From IMG/VR virus record IMGVR_UViG_3300030333_008604, positions 32,001 through 96,000 of that record: a stretch of DNA of 64,000 nucleotides; one strand, written 5' to 3'. Under the pieces are notes generated by a model. The model was given only the letters and a program-made list of their open reading frames with translations, made no database searches and was not told the DNA's origin. Origin of the DNA: a virus. Position numbers and translations under genes: made by a program. The stretch's first letter is position 1. Each line of letters begins with the position of its first letter. Shown here one piece after another: positions 59,040 to 64,000 of this stretch.

Positions 59040-59047
59040 CTACTTAT
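59040..59047 (+). promoter_or_regulatory. Candidate late-promoter motif CTACTTAT
   Basis: In the largest intergenic gap (51 nt) of the structural module, just upstream of the GAGGAG SD. Confidence 0.4.
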
Positions 59048-59067
59048 TATAGTGAGGAGTAAAGAAT

Positions 59068-60216
59068 ATGGCTTTTTTGGATAATTCTGGAGATATTATT
59101 CTAGATGCTGTGCTGACAGACACAGGCAGACTTCGTCTTTCGCAAGGAGATGGAAGTTTTAAAATTACAAAGTTCGCCCTAGGCGACGATGAGATTAATT
59201 ATAGTCTCTATGATAAGAACCACGCATCAGGTAGTGCTTACTACGATTTGCAGATTTTACAAACTCCGATTTTAGAGGCTTTTACTAACAATACCTCAAA
59301 TCTGAACACCAAGCTGATGTCTATTTCGAGGACTAACCTTCTTTACATGCCAACGTTGAAGTTGGCCAAGTTTGCTAAGACAAAGTTGGCAGATAGCAAT
59401 TCGCCAGCCTTGCCTGATCTTAAGCAGTTGGCTGGCTCGCAAATGTATCTAGGACGGACTGCTGACACCGATGGCGCCAACCCATCATGGACTAATACTA
59501 GGTACGTTGTTGCTGTCGATGCAGATACTTTTAAGTACTTTACACAAAACCAATCTGATGTGACAATGGACGCTGCCGATGGTACGGTCGGGGAAGTTAT
59601 TCAAGGCTACACTCCAGCCTCTACTGGCGGAACAAACGGCCCATATGGTCAGTTTATTTTAATACACCAGGGTTTGGATACAAATGCGATCAACGCAACA
59701 GCCGGTCTCGATGGTGATCTTTATGAAAGTCAATATATTTTAGAAATGGATTATCGATTAGGTCGTCTCGCACCTACCAACGGCCACACCGAAGCGGCAG
59801 TCAATTTTATCGATGACGACAACATAGCAAGTTATTATGTAACTCAAGACACTTACGTTAGAAACAACCCCTCAACAGCAACTCTTGATGACAGTAAAAG
59901 CACTCAGCAAGGTACAGGCCCAGGCACTGATGAAGGCCATGGCGAACAGGTTTTTCAAGGCCCCCGGGGCTCAACTTTGTCGTTCCGACTTCGTGCGTCA
60001 CCTGAGCTTCAATATTCAACTTACTTATTTACGCAAATTGGTCAGTCTGAAGCTGCTGACGGGTCTTCATCTACTTTTGGATTTGACGTCACAGGTACCA
60101 AAGATACGCGCTTAAGTGGAAAAACGGTTTACTGGCTTGACACAACAGTCAGAATACACGGAGCGAACACAGGAGCGCGACTTGATATTCCTGTTCGATT
60201 CGTAAAAATACAATAA
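59068..60216 (+). CDS. Structural protein (382 aa), tail/baseplate associated
   Basis: GAGGAG SD; VLTDTGRLRLSQG...ITKFALGDD resembles the N-terminal half of tail-fibre collar domains. Confidence 0.7.
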   Translation: MAFLDNSGDIILDAVLTDTGRLRLSQGDGSFKITKFALGDDEINYSLYDKNHASGSAYYDLQILQTPILEAFTNNTSNLNTKLMSISRTNLLYMPTLKLAKFAKTKLADSNSPALPDLKQLAGSQMYLGRTADTDGANPSWTNTRYVVAVDADTFKYFTQNQSDVTMDAADGTVGEVIQGYTPASTGGTNGPYGQFILIHQGLDTNAINATAGLDGDLYESQYILEMDYRLGRLAPTNGHTEAAVNFIDDDNIASYYVTQDTYVRNNPSTATLDDSKSTQQGTGPGTDEGHGEQVFQGPRGSTLSFRLRASPELQYSTYLFTQIGQSEAADGSSSTFGFDVTGTKDTRLSGKTVYWLDTTVRIHGANTGARLDIPVRFVKIQ

Positions 60217-60227
60217 GGTAAAAAACT

Positions 60228-61433
60228 ATGGCAAGCACATTTAAAACATTGTTAAACGATGACGTGGTAAACACCAGGACGTTGTTGCATGAATCAATAC
60301 CCCTTACGGGAACGATCTGCTCTGGTACATATCAAGACATTAATATTAAGAATTTTTCTCATGGAATGTTCCAATCAGTTTACGATTATCCGTATTTAAG
60401 CTCTTCAGCGAACCATGTGTTTGACTTTACTTATGGGCATAGTTCAGATATATCTTCTTCAATTGCAACCGCTGCTAATAAGACAGGGGCCCAAATTCAA
60501 AAAAAGACCAACATGTATAATCAAATGGCGCAAATGCTCATAGGTTATGATGAAACTGGCGCAATCAGAAAATTTGACTCTGATGGCAATGGTGATAGTT
60601 CTGATGGTACCATGCATAACTGCTTTTTCTTGAATTTTTCACGATTGCTTGTTAAAGATGAGATTAAAAAGGGCAGCTTTAGGTTAGCCATGTATTTAAG
60701 CGGCAGCGAGGCTTATGTCGACCCCGGAGATGGAGTCGCTGGCAAGGGCGCCACGTCAGGAACTTACCAACATGAAGTAACTTTGGGTGATTATGACGCC
60801 TTAAACGAATACAGGTCATCACCATCTGGTGATTATGGTTTGATTTTTAAGTCTCAAGCCGATTCTACGACGAATACGAATAGCGTTGGTTTAATCTTCT
60901 ATCAGGCCGGTATTGTTGTATTGACTTCTTCAATAATTAGCGGACATTTTGTTGGCCCAGCCGGCTCGAATAACGACGGCACTGTAGCAGATAAATATCA
61001 TGCAGCTAATCATGTCATCAACGGTGGTACGCCATCCGGAGGAGGGGCGAAGCTCGAAGAAGGCGGTGGCGCCGGCGTGGGCGCAGATACGTGTGTGTCT
61101 CATGCAATTACATCGGGCACAATCGCGCAGCTAGCAGACGCATTCCGTTTTAAAGTAAGATCAATTGACTTTAACAACACTGTTGAGCTTAATTCCTCTA
61201 TCTATTTCTGTAGATTAAACCACAATGAATTCAATTATAGCGCAAACCCGACTTACGTTTCAGGCGGAAAAATTGCGGTCAAGAATAATGTTAATGATCT
61301 ACCGGTCACTTATTTGACCACAGTCGGTCTTTATTCTGCCGATAACGAATTGTTGGCTGTTGCTAAGCTTTCTGAGCCGATTAGAAAAGATCCAAATACC
61401 GAGCTTACTTTGAGGGTCCGCTTAGATTACTAA
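60228..61433 (+). CDS. Structural protein (401 aa), paralogue of 61448..62683
   Basis: IKKGSF, VGLIFYQAGIVVLT, NEFNYSANPTY, TYLTTVGLYSADNELLAVAKLSEPIRK. Confidence 0.72.
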   Translation: MASTFKTLLNDDVVNTRTLLHESIPLTGTICSGTYQDINIKNFSHGMFQSVYDYPYLSSSANHVFDFTYGHSSDISSSIATAANKTGAQIQKKTNMYNQMAQMLIGYDETGAIRKFDSDGNGDSSDGTMHNCFFLNFSRLLVKDEIKKGSFRLAMYLSGSEAYVDPGDGVAGKGATSGTYQHEVTLGDYDALNEYRSSPSGDYGLIFKSQADSTTNTNSVGLIFYQAGIVVLTSSIISGHFVGPAGSNNDGTVADKYHAANHVINGGTPSGGGAKLEEGGGAGVGADTCVSHAITSGTIAQLADAFRFKVRSIDFNNTVELNSSIYFCRLNHNEFNYSANPTYVSGGKIAVKNNVNDLPVTYLTTVGLYSADNELLAVAKLSEPIRKDPNTELTLRVRLDY

Positions 61434-61447
61434 AGGAGTAGTGATTT

Positions 61448-62683
61448 ATGCCCTCTCATGAGTCTAAAAATAGTAATTTTTTCAAATTTGGCAAAGAGGA
61501 CGTTTTTCGCAATCGGTTAAAGACGTACCCCCATTGCAGCTTTTTCATTTATACTGGATCCATTTACTATAATGATAAGACACAGAATAGTGACAATTAT
61601 CATACCCCAGATGGCTGTATAAACTTATATGAATTAAACGTGAGCAGAAATGATCACCCAACAGCTGCTGACATGGAGTTAATTTATCCTTTTGTTGAGA
61701 AAAGAGGCAGCCTCTCTAGTTTTAAAACAATTAGCGCAACGAGCTATGCACAGGACTTTGCATTCGGGGATCTTGTAACAGGCTCTTATCCTTTAACTTC
61801 CTCAATATCCATAAACAGGTATGGCAATTCGTTAACGAGTGATAAAAAAAGAGTTCTTTACGCGCTAAGAACAACTCTCGACAGATACTCTGGCTTAAAC
61901 GATCATTATGCATATTCTTCACCCACGCATGGAGAAAAGGAAAGTCAATATTTAAACCTTATCAGCATACCTTCAATTTTTTATGGATCAGGCATTAAAA
62001 AAGGTTCTGTTAGTTTAAAATATTTTATTACGGGAAGTCTTTTATCTGAAGCGTCGGATATTCATAAAGATGGTCGCTTGATTCAAACATCCGGAGCTTT
62101 TACCGGTCATACTGTTGGTGTTGTCCTCTATCATGAAGGCTTCATAATGTTAACAGGAAGCGCAGACTTAAAAACTACCACTGATCACGCCACTCATGTG
62201 GAAAATTATAACCCTGTCTCGCCATTTACAGCAAATGCAAATTGGCAAAACTGGGGTGTTCAAGACGCCGCGCACGTCAGTGCTACGCAACCTGGCGGCG
62301 CGCCCTCATCAAGCTTTTCTTTGGACTTTAAAGGTACAAACTACGTCAACACTGTAACAATGTTGGCCCATGCTGAAAGAAATGAGCTTAATTTTTCTAA
62401 TAATCCTACTTTTCTTTCTTCCGTAAGTGAGCTAGGGACTGAGCAAAACTTTAACGCGTCTTACACGTCTAGTTCTTATGCTGAGTCGCCCAATCTCAAG
62501 ATTCAGAATATAGTTTCGAGTAGTTATCAAGGTTATACAGCTAGCTTTAAACCAATCACATATATAACTAAAATAGGAATTTATGATAAAGATAAGAACC
62601 TTATTGCGATTGCTTCTTTGGCCAATCCCGTTAAAAAAACAGAAGAAACAAACTACACATTTAAATTAAAGCTTGACATATAG
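61448..62683 (+). CDS. Structural protein (411 aa), paralogue of 60228..61433
   Basis: IKKGSV, VGVVLYHEGFIMLT, NELNFSNNPTF, TYITKIGIYDKDKNLIAIASLANPVKK. Confidence 0.72.
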   Translation: MPSHESKNSNFFKFGKEDVFRNRLKTYPHCSFFIYTGSIYYNDKTQNSDNYHTPDGCINLYELNVSRNDHPTAADMELIYPFVEKRGSLSSFKTISATSYAQDFAFGDLVTGSYPLTSSISINRYGNSLTSDKKRVLYALRTTLDRYSGLNDHYAYSSPTHGEKESQYLNLISIPSIFYGSGIKKGSVSLKYFITGSLLSEASDIHKDGRLIQTSGAFTGHTVGVVLYHEGFIMLTGSADLKTTTDHATHVENYNPVSPFTANANWQNWGVQDAAHVSATQPGGAPSSSFSLDFKGTNYVNTVTMLAHAERNELNFSNNPTFLSSVSELGTEQNFNASYTSSSYAESPNLKIQNIVSSSYQGYTASFKPITYITKIGIYDKDKNLIAIASLANPVKKTEETNYTFKLKLDI

Positions 62684-62695
62684 TATTATATAAAT

Positions 62696-63214
62696 ATGAT
62701 TTTAGGTTTAGATGTTAGCACTAGTATAACTGGTGTGACTTTGTTAAATAAAGAAGGAAAGGTTATTCACAATGCCGCGTGGGATACTAGAAAATACAAG
62801 AATTTTTTTGAGAAAGCCAAGTTTGTTGAGCAAAAGCTTAAAGAGCTTCCTGTGGGGGTCAAAAAAGTCTATATTGAACAGTCTCTCCAATCTTTCAGAT
62901 CTGGATTCTCCTCGGCAAAAACTCTTTCAACTCTTGCTCGTTTTAATGGCGTTGTTTCATGGATGGTATATGGAATATTACATGTTGAGCCTGAATACAT
63001 AGCGGCCACCAGCGCTAGAAAAAAAGTTGGCATTACTGTACCGCGTGGTACAAAAGCAAAGCAATGTGTTATAAAACATGTCATTGACAATGTGCCTTCT
63101 GTTTCTATATCTTATACTAAGCATGGAAACCCAAAGCCGCAGTGTTACGACATGGCGGACAGTTGGGTTATTGCAAGAGCCGGCTGGGTAGAATGTCAAC
63201 AGAGCGAAAATTAA
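62696..63214 (+). CDS. ruvC: RuvC-like Holliday junction resolvase
   Basis: ILGLDVSTSITG, VYIEQ and DMADS supply the RNase H-fold acidic residues D, E, D, D. Confidence 0.82.
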   Translation: MILGLDVSTSITGVTLLNKEGKVIHNAAWDTRKYKNFFEKAKFVEQKLKELPVGVKKVYIEQSLQSFRSGFSSAKTLSTLARFNGVVSWMVYGILHVEPEYIAATSARKKVGITVPRGTKAKQCVIKHVIDNVPSVSISYTKHGNPKPQCYDMADSWVIARAGWVECQQSEN

Positions 63215-64000
63215 AAATCTTAAAAACAATTCTTGGAGATTTTTATAAGAACAGCTCAGAACATCTTTTTTACTGCCCTAAGTGCGAGCACCACAAACGA
63301 AAACTATCTATAAATTTAGATAAAAATGTGTTTAAGTGTTGGGTGTGTGACTGGTCTGGTGGTGATATATACCGCATTGTTAGGCGATATGGGTCATATT
63401 CAAGCAAAGAAGAATGGAAAAGCTTCTCCGACCGTACCGACATCGAAAACTTTGCCCAGAAGCTTTTTGGTGCACCAGAAGTGCAAGAGGAGCAAGTGGT
63501 GGATTTGCCTAAAGAATTTGTTTCTTTGGTAAATAAGAATCTTCCTGCAACCTCTCTTTATGCTTTGAATTATCTTCAATCGAGAGGAATCACCAAGCTC
63601 GATATAGCGCGCTGGAAAATGGGCTTTTGTTCTGAGGGCCCGTACGCAGGCCGTGTTATCGTTCCTTCATTTGGTTTGACCGGACAGGCAAACTATTTTG
63701 TTGCAAGAACTTACTCGCATGACTGGAAGAAATATCAAAATCCAGCGGCGTCCAGAGACATTGTTTTCAATCATTTATATCTTGATTTTGACGAGGACAT
63801 GGTACTGGTTGAAGGTGTTTTTGATGCTGTCATAGCCGGCCCCAATGCGGTACCGCTTCTGGGTTCAACGTTGAGAGAAGATAGTGCGTTATTTCAGGAG
63901 ATTGTAAAAAACGATACCGCGATATATCTAGCATTAGACCCAGACGCTGAAAAAAAAGCTATGGATTTGGTTAAGAAATTTTTAAAGTACGATATCGAGA
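63193..64000 (+). CDS. DnaG-type DNA primase (3'-truncated; absent from the ORF track)
   Basis: Manual translation from ATG 63193, open to the window end: zinc finger CPKCEHH...FKCWVC, YLQSRGI, GRVIVP, Toprim VLVEGVFDA, AVPLLGS, YLALDPDA. Confidence 0.9.
   Translation, partial: MSTERKLKILKTILGDFYKNSSEHLFYCPKCEHHKRKLSINLDKNVFKCWVCDWSGGDIYRIVRRYGSYSSKEEWKSFSDRTDIENFAQKLFGAPEVQEEQVVDLPKEFVSLVNKNLPATSLYALNYLQSRGITKLDIARWKMGFCSEGPYAGRVIVPSFGLTGQANYFVARTYSHDWKKYQNPAASRDIVFNHLYLDFDEDMVLVEGVFDAVIAGPNAVPLLGSTLREDSALFQEIVKNDTAIYLALDPDAEKKAMDLVKKFLKYDIE

Larger units (their letters stand above)
1..64000 (+). mobile_element. Segment of a large tailed (contractile-tail type) bacteriophage genome
   Basis: Unidirectional dense gene packing; gp25 and gp6/J baseplate genes, spike, gp55-like sigma factor, Cas4-like nuclease, RuvC-like resolvase and primase; Shine-Dalgarno motifs (AGGAG/GAGG); no cellular housekeeping context. 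No integrase or att site seen, so prophage versus free phage cannot be decided. Confidence 0.9.

Noticed and set aside
62673-62696. TTGACA plus TATAAATA upstream of ruvC as a sigma70 or T4 late promoter
   Set aside because: TTGACA is the coding end of the previous gene and only 10 nt from the TATA box, and TATAAATA overlaps the start codon; the geometry fits neither promoter type.
1332-63229. Many short minus-strand and alternate-frame ORFs in the track
   Set aside because: All lie within longer motif-bearing + strand genes and show no recognisable motifs; they are shadow ORFs.

Overview
This window is a 64 kb segment of a large, probably myovirus-type tailed bacteriophage genome. All credible genes are on the + strand, densely packed and often translationally coupled, and they read in the standard genetic code. 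From left to right: (1) a 5'-truncated Cas4/RecB-like PD-(D/E)XK nuclease; (2) a ~14.5 kb glycan-building operon with GT4, a GT4-GT2 fusion, two GT2, two GT11, a GT9-like and one unclassified transferase, a methyltransferase, UDP-glucose dehydrogenase, split HldE heptose kinase/nucleotidyltransferase, HAD phosphatase, cupin, GDP-mannose 3,5-epimerase, a second SDR epimerase and an embedded NAD synthetase; (3) a short hinge with small ORFs, an FmdB zinc ribbon, a membrane protein and a gp55-like sigma factor; (4) a ~46 kb baseplate/tail module with a hub-like protein carrying an M15 peptidase, an HxH spike, a 3451-aa giant, gp25, gp6/J, LamG/MAM proteins and several 1000-2250 aa proteins; (5) RuvC-like resolvase and a DNA primase running off the right edge. 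The most interesting signal is a [S/T]-[G/A/S]-S tripeptide strongly enriched in only a subset of the structural proteins, next to the glycosylation operon. This suggests a phage-encoded, sequon-directed virion O-glycosylation system, which is a hypothesis and not demonstrated. All calls come from motif recognition by eye; counts are manual and no database searches were run.
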